Source of the DNA: Vulcanimicrobiota bacterium
GTDB lineage: Bacteria; Vulcanimicrobiota; Vulcanimicrobiia; Vulcanimicrobiales; Vulcanimicrobiaceae
Reading direction: 5' to 3'
DNA: 64,000 nt
Assembly: GCA_963714015.1 (NCBI GenBank)
Contig: OY970223.1
Span: 1,920,001 to 1,984,000 of the forward strand
Position 1 is the stretch's first letter; the number at the start of each line of letters is the position of its first letter. Positions 50,661 to 61,353 of the stretch are shown piece after piece. The notes under the pieces are model-generated. The model saw only the letters and a program-made list of their open reading frames with translations. It ran no database searches and had not been told where the DNA came from. The position numbers and the translations under genes were made by a program.

Positions 50661-51467
50661 ATGATAGCTTTCTTCAAGCGCTTGTGGTCGAGGCACCAAG
50701 CCTTCTTGATCGTGAGCGCCGTGGCGATAACGTGCCTCTGGGTGATTCCGGCGGTGGCACAAGCCCAGAGTGCGCCGGCTGGTCCGTCCGTGCCGATCCC
50801 GCAGTTCAACTTCGGCGTTGCACAGGCCAAAAATCCTAAAGACGTCGCCAGCGCGCTTCAGATTTTGCTGCTGCTGACGGTCTTGGCGCTCGCGCCGACC
50901 TTACTCGTGCTGGTGACTTCGTTTACGCGCGTCATCGTCGTGCTTTCATTCGTGCGTACGGCGCTCGGAACGCAGACCGTTCCGCCCAACCAAGTGTTGG
51001 TCGGACTCGCTCTGTTCCTGACGTTCTTCATCATGGCGCCCGTCGTGAAGGACGTCAACCAGAACGCGCTGCAGCCGTATCTGAAAAACCAGATCAGCCA
51101 GAGCATTGCCTTCGACCGCGCGTCCCAACCGCTGCGCAAGTTCATGTTCAAGCAGACGCGCGAGAAGGACTTGCAGCTCTTCTATTCGCTCTCGAACGAA
51201 CCGCGGCCCGCAACGCAGGCCGATGTGCCGACCTACATTCTGATTCCGGCGTTCGTCATCTCGGAGTTGAAAACGTCGTTCGAGATCGGCTTCGCGATTT
51301 ACGTGCCTTTCATCGTCATCGACATGGTGGTCGCAAGCATCCTGCTCTCCATGGGCATGATGATGATTCCGCCGGTGATCATCTCGCTGCCGTTCAAGAT
51401 TTTGATCTTCTTACTCGTCGACGGATGGAATTTGACGGTGAACGCCATCTTCCAGAGCTACCGGTGA
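50661..51467 (+). CDS. fliP: Export gate protein
   Basis: TSFTR, PPNQVL, PAFVISEL, MGMMMIPP, LVDGW. Confidence 0.97.
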   Translation: MIAFFKRLWSRHQAFLIVSAVAITCLWVIPAVAQAQSAPAGPSVPIPQFNFGVAQAKNPKDVASALQILLLLTVLALAPTLLVLVTSFTRVIVVLSFVRTALGTQTVPPNQVLVGLALFLTFFIMAPVVKDVNQNALQPYLKNQISQSIAFDRASQPLRKFMFKQTREKDLQLFYSLSNEPRPATQADVPTYILIPAFVISELKTSFEIGFAIYVPFIVIDMVVASILLSMGMMMIPPVIISLPFKILIFLLVDGWNLTVNAIFQSYR

Positions 51468-51469
51468 CT

Positions 51470-51690
51470 GTCAGGGGTTCCGATGTTTCGTCCGGCAATC
51501 GCTGTCGAACTTCCCCTCCTTGGGAAGTTCGCCGCTACGCCGCATTTTCGCGAGCGCTAAGCGCTGAAGAAACCATCCTGGTTTGCGCGAAAATGTCGGA
51601 GTTTGCCGCACGAAACATCACAACCCCTCGCATGACGCCCACTCGTAGATGGCGAGCACCGAGGGCGAGTGCGCTTGTGATGTTGCGATT
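51470..51690. other. Highly structured intergenic element (candidate RNA or MITE-like foldback)
   Basis: 26-bp imperfect terminal inverted repeat (51473/51628) enclosing two 10-bp helices, one of them further branched. Confidence 0.7.
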
Positions 51691-51704
51691 GGAGGCTGCC
51701 CAGC

Positions 51705-51974
51705 ATGCAATTCGGTGATGCAATAAGCCTCGGGCGGGACGCGATCTTCGTCTGCTTCATGGTCGCCGCGCCGGTGCTGCTGATCTCCATGGTAATCGGC
51801 CTGGCGATCTCGATCTTCCAAGCCGTTACGCAGATTCAAGAGCCGACGTTGACGTTTATTCCCAAGATCATCGGGTCGTCGCTTGCGATTCTGTTCTTCG
51901 GTCCGTTCATGCTTGCGATCCTCACGGACTTTCTGAGCCGGATACTGCTGCACGTCAAAGACTACGTACATTAG
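51705..51974 (+). CDS. fliQ: Export gate protein
   Basis: FQAVTQIQEPTLTFIPK. Confidence 0.97.
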   Translation: MQFGDAISLGRDAIFVCFMVAAPVLLISMVIGLAISIFQAVTQIQEPTLTFIPKIIGSSLAILFFGPFMLAILTDFLSRILLHVKDYVH

Positions 51975-52756
51975 TGCTCGACCTCTTCAACATCCACCAG
52001 GGCCAGTTCGAGACGTTTCTGCTGATCTGGCTGCGGACGTCGACGATGCTGTACGTCTTCCCGGTGTTCCAGGCCCAGCAGATCCCGACGTTGGTGCGCA
52101 TCGGCCTGGGGATGCTCGTCTCGTTCGTGCTGTTTCATGCCGTGCCGACGATGCATCCGCTGCCGGATCTGGGCGCTCTGGTCGTTGCGGCCGTCAGTCA
52201 GGTCGTGCTTGGCCTCATCGTGGGATTCGTCGCGTATCTGGTGTTCATGGGCATCCAGTACGCGGGCGAAATACTCGATACGCAGATCGGCTTTGCCATC
52301 GCCAACGTCATCAATCCCGCGACGCAGCAGCAAGTCAGCGTCATCGGTGAACTCGAGCTGACGCTCGCGACGCTTCTCTTCCTTATCACGAACTCGCACT
52401 TGCTGTTTTTGGAGGGCATCGGCGGGTCGTTCCATCTGGTGCCGCTTCCGTATATCAACATGGACCCCGTCCTCGTCGGCGGCGTCGTTTCGATCATGCA
52501 GCAAGCGTTTCTGGTCATTCTCAAGATTGCGGCGCCCCCTGCCGTCGCGCTGTTCATGGTGAACATCGGCCTGGGTCTGATGTCCAAGGTTGCCCCGCAG
52601 ATGAACGTCTTCGTCGTAGGTTTCCCGCTGCAAATCGGCGTCGGTCTGATGATGATGGCCGTCAGCGTTCCGCTGCTGGGCTATGTAGCGCCGCAGTTAT
52701 TCAATCAGACCGCGCACCAAATGGACGCCGTGATGCGCGCTCTCGCGGTTCATTAG
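51974..52756 (+). CDS. fliR: Export gate protein
   Basis: AGEILDTQIGF and PQMNVFVVGFPL. Confidence 0.95.
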   Translation: MLDLFNIHQGQFETFLLIWLRTSTMLYVFPVFQAQQIPTLVRIGLGMLVSFVLFHAVPTMHPLPDLGALVVAAVSQVVLGLIVGFVAYLVFMGIQYAGEILDTQIGFAIANVINPATQQQVSVIGELELTLATLLFLITNSHLLFLEGIGGSFHLVPLPYINMDPVLVGGVVSIMQQAFLVILKIAAPPAVALFMVNIGLGLMSKVAPQMNVFVVGFPLQIGVGLMMMAVSVPLLGYVAPQLFNQTAHQMDAVMRALAVH

Positions 52757-52810
52757 GCGAGAATTTCTCCGATTGGCGGACTGAAAAAGCCCTAGCGCGA
52801 AGCTTCCGCC

Positions 52811-55606
52811 ATGACGACTCGGACCCAAGCCGAGGCGCTGTCGCGGTCTCGCCCTAGCGGCACCGTCACCTTTCTGTTTTCGGATATCGAGGGCAGCACC
52901 GCGCGCTGGGATGCCGACCGCATCGCAATGGCATCGGCGTTGTCTCGCCACGATTCACTAATGCGCGCGGCGCTCGACGCTCACGGCGGCTACGTCTTCA
53001 AAACGATGGGCGACGCTTTCTGCGCGGCTTTCCGCACAGCTTCGGATGCTGCTGACGCGGCACTGGAGGCGCAGCGGGCTCTTCGGTTCGAGGATTTCTC
53101 CGCGGTCCATGGGCTGCGCGTGCGCATGGCGTTACATAGCGGGACGGCGGAAGAACGCGATAGCGATTATTTCGGCCCGGAGGTTAATCGCATCGCGCGG
53201 TTGCTCGCGATTGGACACGGAGGGCAAATCCTCGTGTCGGCAGCGGCCGTGGATCTTTTGCGCGATGCGATGCCCTCGCAAGCGAGTTTGCTCGACTTGG
53301 GCGCGCATCGGCTGAAGGACCTTACGCGTCCCGAGCAAGTGTTTCAACTCGCCGCGCCGGATCTCTCTGCGGAATTTCCGCCGCTGCGATCGCTCGAGCA
53401 TTTGACGAACAATTTGCCGGCGCAGCTTACAACGTTCGTCGGACGCGATCGCGAGATCTCGGAGATCGTCGCGCTCCTCGCGGAGCACCGGCTGGTTACG
53501 TTAACCGGTGCCGGAGGTGCAGGCAAGACGCGATGTGCGATCCGGATCGGCGCCGATCTGCTGAACGGCTGGAAGGACGGAATCTGGCTCGCGGAGCTGG
53601 CACCGCTAGCGGATTCGGCACAAGTCGCAAACGCGATCGCCCAAGTTTTGCACGTGCAAGAGCAGCCGAACAGCGCGTTGCTCGACACCATTGTCGCTTA
53701 CCTCAAGCACAAACGTTTGCTGCTGCTTCTCGACAATTGCGAGCACCTGATCGAGCAAGCGCGACGCGCAGCGTCCGCCATTTTGCGCGATTGCCCAGGC
53801 GTACGCATTTTAGCAACGAGCCGCGAGCCTTTGAATATCTCCGGTGAGGCGGCGTATCGCATGCCCTCGCTGGCCGTTCCGCCCAACGCAGAGATGCTCG
53901 TGAAAGAGGGAACATCCGCTTATGGATCGGCGCAGCTCTTTCTCGATCGCGCGCTTCTGAGCAGCAGCCGGTTTACACTGTCGGATGAGAATGCGTCGTC
54001 CGTTGTGGAGTTGTGCCGCAGGCTCGATGGAATTCCGCTCGCAATCGAGCTCGCTGCTGCTCGTGTAAAAATTCTCTCGCCGCAGCAGCTCGTGCAGAAA
54101 CTCGACGAACGCTTTCGCGTCCTGACCGGGGGCGATCGCCGCGCGCTGCCGCGTCATCAGACCATGCGTGCACTGATCGACTGGAGTTACGACCTGCTCT
54201 CGCCCGAAGAGCGCGCGTTCTTCAGGAAACTCTCTATCTTTGCGGGAGGATTTACGCTCGAGAGCGCGGCCGCGGCCAATGCGAGTGCGGACGAGATCGA
54301 CGTGCTCGATCTGCTTTCTTCACTCGTCGACAAGTCGCTCGTGCAGGCGGAACTTACGGAGAGCGGCACGCGCTACGGCTTTATGGAATCCACGCGCCAG
54401 TACGCGCGCGAGCGCCTAAGAGAATGCGGGGAGGAGCAAGACGCCGCGCGCGGCCACGCTTTTGCCTTCGGCAAAGCAGCCTCGCAAATCGATAACATGT
54501 GGGAAACTCTGCCGGATAGCGAGTGGCTTGCGCGCGTCGGGCCGGAGATGGAGAACTACCGCGCAGCACTGCATTGGGCGTTCGGCGCACAGGGTGACGT
54601 TACGCTCGGGCAACGGTTGTCCGCGGCTCTGCGAAAGGCGTGGATATCGTTCGGCGTGACGGAAGGACGGCGGTGGCTGAAGACCGCTCGGGAACGTTCC
54701 GGCACGGAGACGCCGGCGGAGGTCGTTGCCGCACTGGATCTGTCCGAGGCAAGCCTGGCTTCCGGGTTCCATCAATTCGAAACGACGCTCACCTGCGGCG
54801 AGCGCGGCTTGGAAACCTACCGCGAACTTGGCGATCCGCAGGGCCTTGCGCTGGCGAAGGAAATCGTCGGAGACGCGCTCGTAACGGTTGGGAAAATTGA
54901 AGAAGGCACAGTACTGCTGCAAGAGGCTCTCGCCGAACGCCGTGCGCTCGGAGCTCGCAAATCAGTCGCGGGCCTGCTCGTCCTCGTTGCGCAAGCGCGC
55001 TGGTTCGCCGGCGACACGCCTGAAGCACGCAAGCTCTTCGCTGAGGCCTTGACGGCTGCGCGCGCTGCCGGCGGCAAACGTCTGTCGGCAATCATCGCGA
55101 GCAACTTTGCCGAATGCGAATTTGACGCCGGCGACGGCGTGGCGGCCGTGCGGCTGGTACGGGAGGCGGCAACTATACTTCGCGAAATCAACGACGCGCA
55201 ATTGCTTCCCTTTGCGCTCACGAACGAGGCTGGATATCTGCTTGCGCTGCAGCGCTATGACGAAGCCCGCTCGAGCGCAATAGAAGCGCTGGCCTTCGCG
55301 CGCGATTTGCAGTATGCCGTGCCGCGGCTGCTTGCGCTGCAGCGGCTCGCCGCCGTCGCAGCGTTGCGGCCGGACGACAACGCGCAAGCGCTCGAGAACA
55401 TGCGCTGCGGTGCCCGCTTGTTCGGTTATGTCAACGCGGGCTTTGCGCGGCTCGAAGAATCGCCCGACGAAACCGAGCGCATGCAGAACGACTCGGCCGT
55501 CCCCGTACTGCGCGACGCATTGGGAACCGAAGAGGTCGCGAACCTCATGCACGAGGGCAGCTTCTGGACGGAAGATCGGGCGCTCGCGGAAGCGATGCAG
55601 ATCTAA
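52811..55606 (+). CDS. Class III adenylate cyclase-STAND ATPase-TPR protein (paralog of 36271)
   Basis: FSDIEGST, KTMGDAF, GAGGAGKT, LDNCEH, LDGIPLAIELAAAR. Confidence 0.93.
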   Translation: MTTRTQAEALSRSRPSGTVTFLFSDIEGSTARWDADRIAMASALSRHDSLMRAALDAHGGYVFKTMGDAFCAAFRTASDAADAALEAQRALRFEDFSAVHGLRVRMALHSGTAEERDSDYFGPEVNRIARLLAIGHGGQILVSAAAVDLLRDAMPSQASLLDLGAHRLKDLTRPEQVFQLAAPDLSAEFPPLRSLEHLTNNLPAQLTTFVGRDREISEIVALLAEHRLVTLTGAGGAGKTRCAIRIGADLLNGWKDGIWLAELAPLADSAQVANAIAQVLHVQEQPNSALLDTIVAYLKHKRLLLLLDNCEHLIEQARRAASAILRDCPGVRILATSREPLNISGEAAYRMPSLAVPPNAEMLVKEGTSAYGSAQLFLDRALLSSSRFTLSDENASSVVELCRRLDGIPLAIELAAARVKILSPQQLVQKLDERFRVLTGGDRRALPRHQTMRALIDWSYDLLSPEERAFFRKLSIFAGGFTLESAAAANASADEIDVLDLLSSLVDKSLVQAELTESGTRYGFMESTRQYARERLRECGEEQDAARGHAFAFGKAASQIDNMWETLPDSEWLARVGPEMENYRAALHWAFGAQGDVTLGQRLSAALRKAWISFGVTEGRRWLKTARERSGTETPAEVVAALDLSEASLASGFHQFETTLTCGERGLETYRELGDPQGLALAKEIVGDALVTVGKIEEGTVLLQEALAERRALGARKSVAGLLVLVAQARWFAGDTPEARKLFAEALTAARAAGGKRLSAIIASNFAECEFDAGDGVAAVRLVREAATILREINDAQLLPFALTNEAGYLLALQRYDEARSSAIEALAFARDLQYAVPRLLALQRLAAVAALRPDDNAQALENMRCGARLFGYVNAGFARLEESPDETERMQNDSAVPVLRDALGTEEVANLMHEGSFWTEDRALAEAMQI

Positions 55607-55611
55607 CGAGT

Positions 55612-56924
55612 TCAGCGGCTGTCGAACCGCCCCGCATAAATGACGCCGGCTTGCTCGGCTGCCGAATTTTCACACTGCATCGCGACGAAGTTTCCCGACC
55701 TCAAGACGCGGAAAAGCGATCCGCAGTGCGCCGGATAACGTTGTGCCTTGTCCGTGAGAAGGTCGAGAACTTGGATCGTCGCGCCGTCGCTTACCGCTAT
55801 CGTGTCGTCCGTTTGCACGAGCGCCGGTTCGTTCAGGGACGGGTCGTACTCGTACGCCATAACGCGCCGCCGAATCGCCCGATCGCCTTGAAGGCGAGTA
55901 GCATAAAGTCCATCGCCGGTCTGGGTATACAGCTCTCCGCGGCGGAAAGCCATCAATGTCCCGGCACCTTGAACGCGCACAGGCAACTGCAAGAACGGAG
56001 CAGTATCGAGGTTGTAACGGTAAATTGAATCGCCCGTTTGAAACGCAACCTCGCTGCCGTCGACGATCGGATTTGCTATTCCCGTATCGGGACCGTACAG
56101 TGCCGAATCGGGCCGGTACGCCCAGTCTTTTTGAATTTGACCGGTTTGTGAACTTAGCCAATGGATGCGCGTGAGCGCGTAACCGTCTTCATCTATGGTC
56201 GCTGAACTGGCCGACGCATGCACGAGTACCGCTTTGCCGCGGATTCCAAGAATGCGCGCAATACCTGCAGGCTTTCCGGGATCATCGCCCGTGTGGGCGT
56301 TACCGGATGCGGCGTCGATGACCACTATCGACTCTTGAATCGGTTCACCTTCAGCAACTGAAACAAAAACAGACGCAGGGGCGACGAGCTGGTTAGCTCG
56401 TCCGGTTTGTGCCTGCCAAAGAATTTTGCCCGTACGAGGGTTCAGGCGCGTTACATTCTCTCCCCGAACGAACAGCATGCCGCGGATCTCCGAGAGTGCA
56501 GATTTCCGGGGTCCGAAACGCTACTTCGCCAGAGCAGCGTGCCCGATCTCTTGGCGAGCGCGAAGACCGTGCGATTCGGACCGATTGCGTAAACTCGATC
56601 TTGGTCCACAATCACGTCACCGAACGTCGTTGCGCCGGCAGTTTGCCAGCCGTCGCGTCGAGTGACCACATTTCGCTCTGCGACCTGGCCGCCGGCAGAA
56701 ACGGCGTAAAGCAGGTTTTGGTCCAGCGCCGGCGTGCTATCCGGTGAAACGGATGATATCGTGTCGAGCACTTGCCTGAGCGGCGGCGATGACGGCGGTG
56801 CGTCTTTTACTAGGACCGTAATGGAATGCTCGGTCCGGTAGCCGCCGGGCACGGCGCCGGACTTCGGCGCGAATCCCGCGGCAAAAAGTCCCGCTATTAG
56901 AGAAAGCGCCGCGACCTTGCGCAT
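55612..56924 (-). CDS. Secreted PQQ-like beta-propeller protein, frameshifted near 56490
   Basis: Signal peptide MRKVAALSLIAG. ALAKRSGTLLW and LNPRTGKILW repeats in two frames. Confidence 0.7.
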
Positions 56925-56935
56925 CCGGTGCGGAT

Positions 56936-57958
56936 CTAAAAGTAGGTGAACTGCCCGATCTTGTTGGCCGCTTGCTCGACGAAGTAAATCTTGTCGTCCG
57001 CTCCCAGGACCATGTTCGCGGGCGAAGATTTGGCGGTCGGAATTTTGTATTCGGCGACCTTCAAGGTGGTCAGATTGAACGAACCGATCGCGTTGTTCAC
57101 GGGGTCGGTGAAATAGAGATTGTTGTCGATGCCCACCGTCAGTCCCAGAGCGCTGCCGGCTCCGCTGAGCGGATATTCCGTGAGCGATTGGGTGCTTGGC
57201 ACGAGCCGGCCCAACTTTGGTGCGGCGGGGTTGTCCTCGGTGAACCAAAGCGCGTCGTCCGGTCCGAGCACGATCGTCGTGGGGTAGGCTGAGCCGGCGG
57301 GCAGCGGCACTTCCAAATCGACGGCGCTCGTCAGCGGGTTGAACCGGCCGATCTTAGCGGCACTGCGCTCGGTGAACCAGACGTCGTTGTCGGGCGCCGC
57401 CACTAAGCTGGACGGCCCCGCGTTGGCCGTCGGGATGGCATACGGCCCGGCCGCGACCTCGACGGTGGTGCTGATCGTTCCGATGGCGTTTAGCCCCGGC
57501 TCGGTCAGGTACAGGGTGGAACCCGGGCCCGGCGCAATCGCGGTCGGCGCCGCGCCGGCGGGAAGCCCGAACTCGGTGGAGGCGCCCGAAACCAGCGTGG
57601 CGACCTTATCGCCGGCAGTCTCGACGTACCAAATGTCGCCGTCAGCGCCCGTGGTGATACCGGTGGGCTGGGCGGCCGACGTCTTTGGCAGGTAGCGATT
57701 GAACGTGTTGGCCGCGACGTTGTAGGCGGTAATGGCCCCGGCCGTCTGGTCGGTGATATAAAGAAGGCCGTCGGTGCCGAGGGTGATACCGACGGGTCCC
57801 GCGTCCGCGACGGTGTTCGGGAACTCGGCGCTGACTCCGGTGGGGTTTGGCGTCGGGGTAGGGGTGGCGCTGCTGCCGATCAGCTGCCCATGACCGCACG
57901 CAGTCAGGCACAATGCCGCGACAACCCCACCTAAACCAAAGCCAACCTTGAGCCGCAT
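56936..57958 (-). CDS. Vgb-like (virginiamycin B lyase family) beta-propeller lipoprotein
   Basis: LTAC lipobox. Repeated P..I..GPD..LWFTE blades. Confidence 0.85.
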   Translation of the reverse strand: MRLKVGFGLGGVVAALCLTACGHGQLIGSSATPTPTPNPTGVSAEFPNTVADAGPVGITLGTDGLLYITDQTAGAITAYNVAANTFNRYLPKTSAAQPTGITTGADGDIWYVETAGDKVATLVSGASTEFGLPAGAAPTAIAPGPGSTLYLTEPGLNAIGTISTTVEVAAGPYAIPTANAGPSSLVAAPDNDVWFTERSAAKIGRFNPLTSAVDLEVPLPAGSAYPTTIVLGPDDALWFTEDNPAAPKLGRLVPSTQSLTEYPLSGAGSALGLTVGIDNNLYFTDPVNNAIGSFNLTTLKVAEYKIPTAKSSPANMVLGADDKIYFVEQAANKIGQFTYF

Positions 57959-58093
57959 ACCTCTCCTTTAGAAAAAGGCGCGCCCCGCCGGCACGCGCGC
58001 AGTCCGCGGTATTCGTCGCCCCGGGGGAGGGTCCCGCCGGTGTTAGACGGGGTTAGGCGGCCTTGCTCGGGGTTAAGACTCCGTGCATTGCTG

Positions 58094-58119
58094 TAACACT
58101 TAACGTAAGCGGCCGATGA
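58094..58119 (+). promoter_or_regulatory. Candidate sigma28 promoter for flhBA
   Basis: TAAC-N14-GCCGATGA. Confidence 0.5.
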
Positions 58120-58149
58120 TAGGTCTAGACGCCTGAAGGGGCGTTTCTT

Positions 58150-59214
58150 ATGCCTAGACCGGAGCAAACCGAAAGAGCCACTCCGAAGCGCCGGGAAGAG
58201 GCGCGAAAGCGTGGCCAGATTGCGAAGAGCCAGGATCTCGCCGGAGCAGCGGTCTTTCTTGCGGGTGTCTTTGTGCTGCACGCAGTCGCGGGCATCACGT
58301 TCCGCAACGTCTCGACAGCCATGGAAGCCGTGCTCTGGAGCACTCACCAGCAACAGGATTTGACCGTTCGATCCGTCTGGATGGTCTTTGCGCGCGCCTT
58401 CGGCGCCATATCGCTTGCGATGATCGCGCTCTTCGGCGCCGCCATCGTATCGGCGATAGGAACGAACGTGCTGCAGACCGGCTTTTTGATAACGCTCCAG
58501 CCGCTGAGCCCCAGCTTCGCCAAGATCAATCCGGCCCACGGCTTGCAGCGGCTGTTTTCCAAGACGGTGCTGGTGAATCTCGGTAAACAGCTGCTCAAGC
58601 TGGGCGCCGTGATGGTGATTCTTTACACGAGCGTGATGGCCAATATCAACACGCTCTTTATGTTGGGCCAGATGTCTGCCAGCCAGATCGTCGGCTTCAC
58701 CGGCGATTTGATCTTTTCGATCGGTTGGAAATTCGGGTTCTTGCTCGTCGTGGTTGCGCTCATCGACTACGCCTACGAACGCTGGCAGTACGAAGAGAAC
58801 CTCAAGATGAGCAAACAAGAACTCAAGGACGAATACCGGCAGAGCGAAGGGAACCCTGAGATCAAAGGCGCGGTCAAACGGCGTCAGCGCGAATTCGCCC
58901 GCCGCCGGATGATGGCGGCCGTTCCCCGTGCCACGGTCGTCGTCACGAACCCCACGCACTTCGCCATCGCCCTGGAATGGGACGAATCCAAGATGGACGC
59001 GCCGGTCGTCACGGCCAAAGGCGCCGACTTGGTAGCCAAACGCATTCGCGAGATCGCCAAGGAACATGGCGTCCCGATTATGGAGAATCCGCCGCTCGCG
59101 CGCACACTTTACGCTAAAGTCGAACTCGATCAAGCGATTCCGCCGAATATGTACGCGGCAGTCGCGCAGGTGATCGCGTTCGTCTTCAAACTCAAACGGA
59201 AGACGATAGCATAG
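58150..59214 (+). CDS. flhB: Export switch protein
   Basis: [20 protein letters not shown]. Confidence 0.97.
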   Translation: MPRPEQTERATPKRREEARKRGQIAKSQDLAGAAVFLAGVFVLHAVAGITFRNVSTAMEAVLWSTHQQQDLTVRSVWMVFARAFGAISLAMIALFGAAIVSAIGTNVLQTGFLITLQPLSPSFAKINPAHGLQRLFSKTVLVNLGKQLLKLGAVMVILYTSVMANINTLFMLGQMSASQIVGFTGDLIFSIGWKFGFLLVVVALIDYAYERWQYEENLKMSKQELKDEYRQSEGNPEIKGAVKRRQREFARRRMMAAVPRATVVVTNPTHFAIALEWDESKMDAPVVTAKGADLVAKRIREIAKEHGVPIMENPPLARTLYAKVELDQAIPPNMYAAVAQVIAFVFKLKRKTIA

Positions 59215-61353
59215 TGGCAACCGCTCAGATCGCCCGGACCTCCGGCAGTATCGCCCAGCGCATGAGCGCAACGGCCCCGGTATTCGTTGCCGGCGCATCG
59301 GTCATGCTGGTCATGCTGATGATCGTGCCGATCCCTTCGGTACTGCTCGACTTCCTGTTGTCGATGAACATCATGGTGGCGCTGCTGATCATCGGCGTCT
59401 CGCTCTACGCGGAGAATGCGCTGGCCTTCAGCGTCTTCCCCACGCTGCTGCTTATCGTGACGCTCTTCCGGCTCTCGCTGAACATCACGGCGACACGGCA
59501 GATTTTGCTGCATGGCTATGCCGGCGAGGTCATCAACTTCTTCGGGCAGATCGTCATCGGCGGCAATTACGCGGTCGGCTTCGTCATCTTCTTGATTTTG
59601 ATCGTCATTCAGTTCGTCGTCATCACGAACGGTGCGGGCCGCGTCGCCGAAGTTGCGGCTCGCTTTACCCTGGACGCCATGCCCGGCAAGCAGCTCGGCC
59701 ATCGATGCGGATCTCAACGCCGGTCTCATCACCGAGGCCGAAGCCCGCCAGCGCCGGCGGGACATTCAGCGCGCGGCCGACTTCTACGGCGCTATGGACG
59801 GCGCGAGCAAGTTCGTGCGGGGCGACGCCATTGCGGCGCTCATCATCGTCGCGATCAACACCGTCGGCGGCTTCATCGTCGGCGTGGCGCAGGAGCATAT
59901 GACGCTGCTCCAGTCGCTGCAGCACTTCACGCTGCTGACGGTCGGCGAAGGCATCGTCACGCAAGTCCCCGCGCTGCTGATTTCGACGGCGACCGGTATC
60001 GTGGTTACGCGCGCGGCTTCCGAAGGCGATTTCGGCGCGGATCTGACGCGACAGCTCGCCGGTCAACCCAAGGCCATTTTGATCGCGGCGGTCATGACCG
60101 CTCTGTTCGGACTCGCGCGGCTTGCGCCGTGGTTCATGCTGCCGCTCTCGGCCGGACTCTTCATCTATTACTTCCGCACGCGCAACCTCAAACCGGATCA
60201 GCGCACGGGTCAGGCTGCCCTGGCCGGTCAGCAGACTGCCGTCACCGGTGGTTCGGGGACTCCGGCAATCAAACCGGCCGAGTCGGTCGTGCCGCTGCTC
60301 TCGTACGATCCGATGGAACTCGAGATCGGCTTCGGACTCATTCCGCTGGTGGACACGACGCAAGGCGGCGATCTGCTCGAACGCATCACGTTGATCCGCC
60401 GTCACGCTGCGCGCGATTTAGGGATCGTCGTTCCGCCGATTCGCGTTCGCGACAATCTGCAGCTCAAGCCCAGCACCTACGTCGTAAAGATTTACGGTTT
60501 GGAAGTCGCATCGGCAGAAGTCATGGTTAGCCGTCTGCTGGCGATGAACCCCGGCACCGCAATGGCGCCAATCGACGGCATTCCGACGACGGAGCCTGCG
60601 TTCAATCTGCCCGCGCTCTGGATTCCCGAATCCGGAAAGGCGGAAGCGGAAATGGCGGGCTACACGGTCATCGATCCGACGAGCGTCATTGCAACGCACC
60701 TCACCGAGCTCATCAAGAGCCATGCGCCGGATCTGCTTGGGCGGCAAGAGACGTCGGCGCTGCTCGACAACGTCAAATCGCACTACCCCGTCGTCGTGGA
60801 AGAGCTGGTTCCGAATCTCTTGACCGTTGGCGAGGTGCAGCGCGTGCTGCAGAACCTGCTGCGCGAGCGCATACCGATTCGCAATTTGCTGATGATCCTG
60901 GAGAGTTTGGCGGACGCCGCGCGCGTGAGCAAGGACATCGATTTCCTAACCGAGCGCGTGCGTTCGGCGATGGCGCGCCACATCTGCGCGGAATACTCGG
61001 AGGACGGATTGCTCTCCGTCATCACCGTCGATCCGCGTTTGGAAGCGCTGCTCGGCGAAGCGGTTCGCCGCGGCGAGGACGCGTACGCACTGCTCGATCC
61101 GAACACTGTGGCCAAGATTTACACGTCCTTGACCAAACAGATGCAGGCTGCGCAGTCCTCGGGTCTGCATCCCATCGTGCTCTGCTCTCCGTCGGTTCGT
61201 CTTGCGCTCAAACGGCTCACGGAACGTGCCGCACCGCAGCTCGTCGTGCTCTCGTACTCGGAGATCGCGCCGGGGCTGCGCGTCGAGTCGATCGGTCAGG
61301 TCAATACGACCGATGAAACGACCGCGCCCCAGATGGAGCCGGCGGCCAGATGA
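59214..61353 (+). CDS. flhA: Export apparatus protein, frameshifted near 59696
   Basis: [18 protein letters not shown] / [18 protein letters not shown] split by one extra base. Confidence 0.96.

Noticed and set aside
51490..51612. c-di-GMP-I riboswitch or group II intron on the minus strand (GTGCGGCAAAC...GACAGCGATTGCC)
   Set aside because: Only the ends resemble them. There is no tetraloop/receptor, no domain V, and no downstream gene on that strand.
56936..57958. Streptogramin resistance gene
   Set aside because: A lipoprotein with generic Vgb-like propeller repeats. Resistance function cannot be inferred from this.
57931..59298. Long antisense ORFs (this one, 28645-29757, 30340-31359, 18736-19611 and others)
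   Set aside because: They mirror well-supported genes on the opposite strand and show no motifs.
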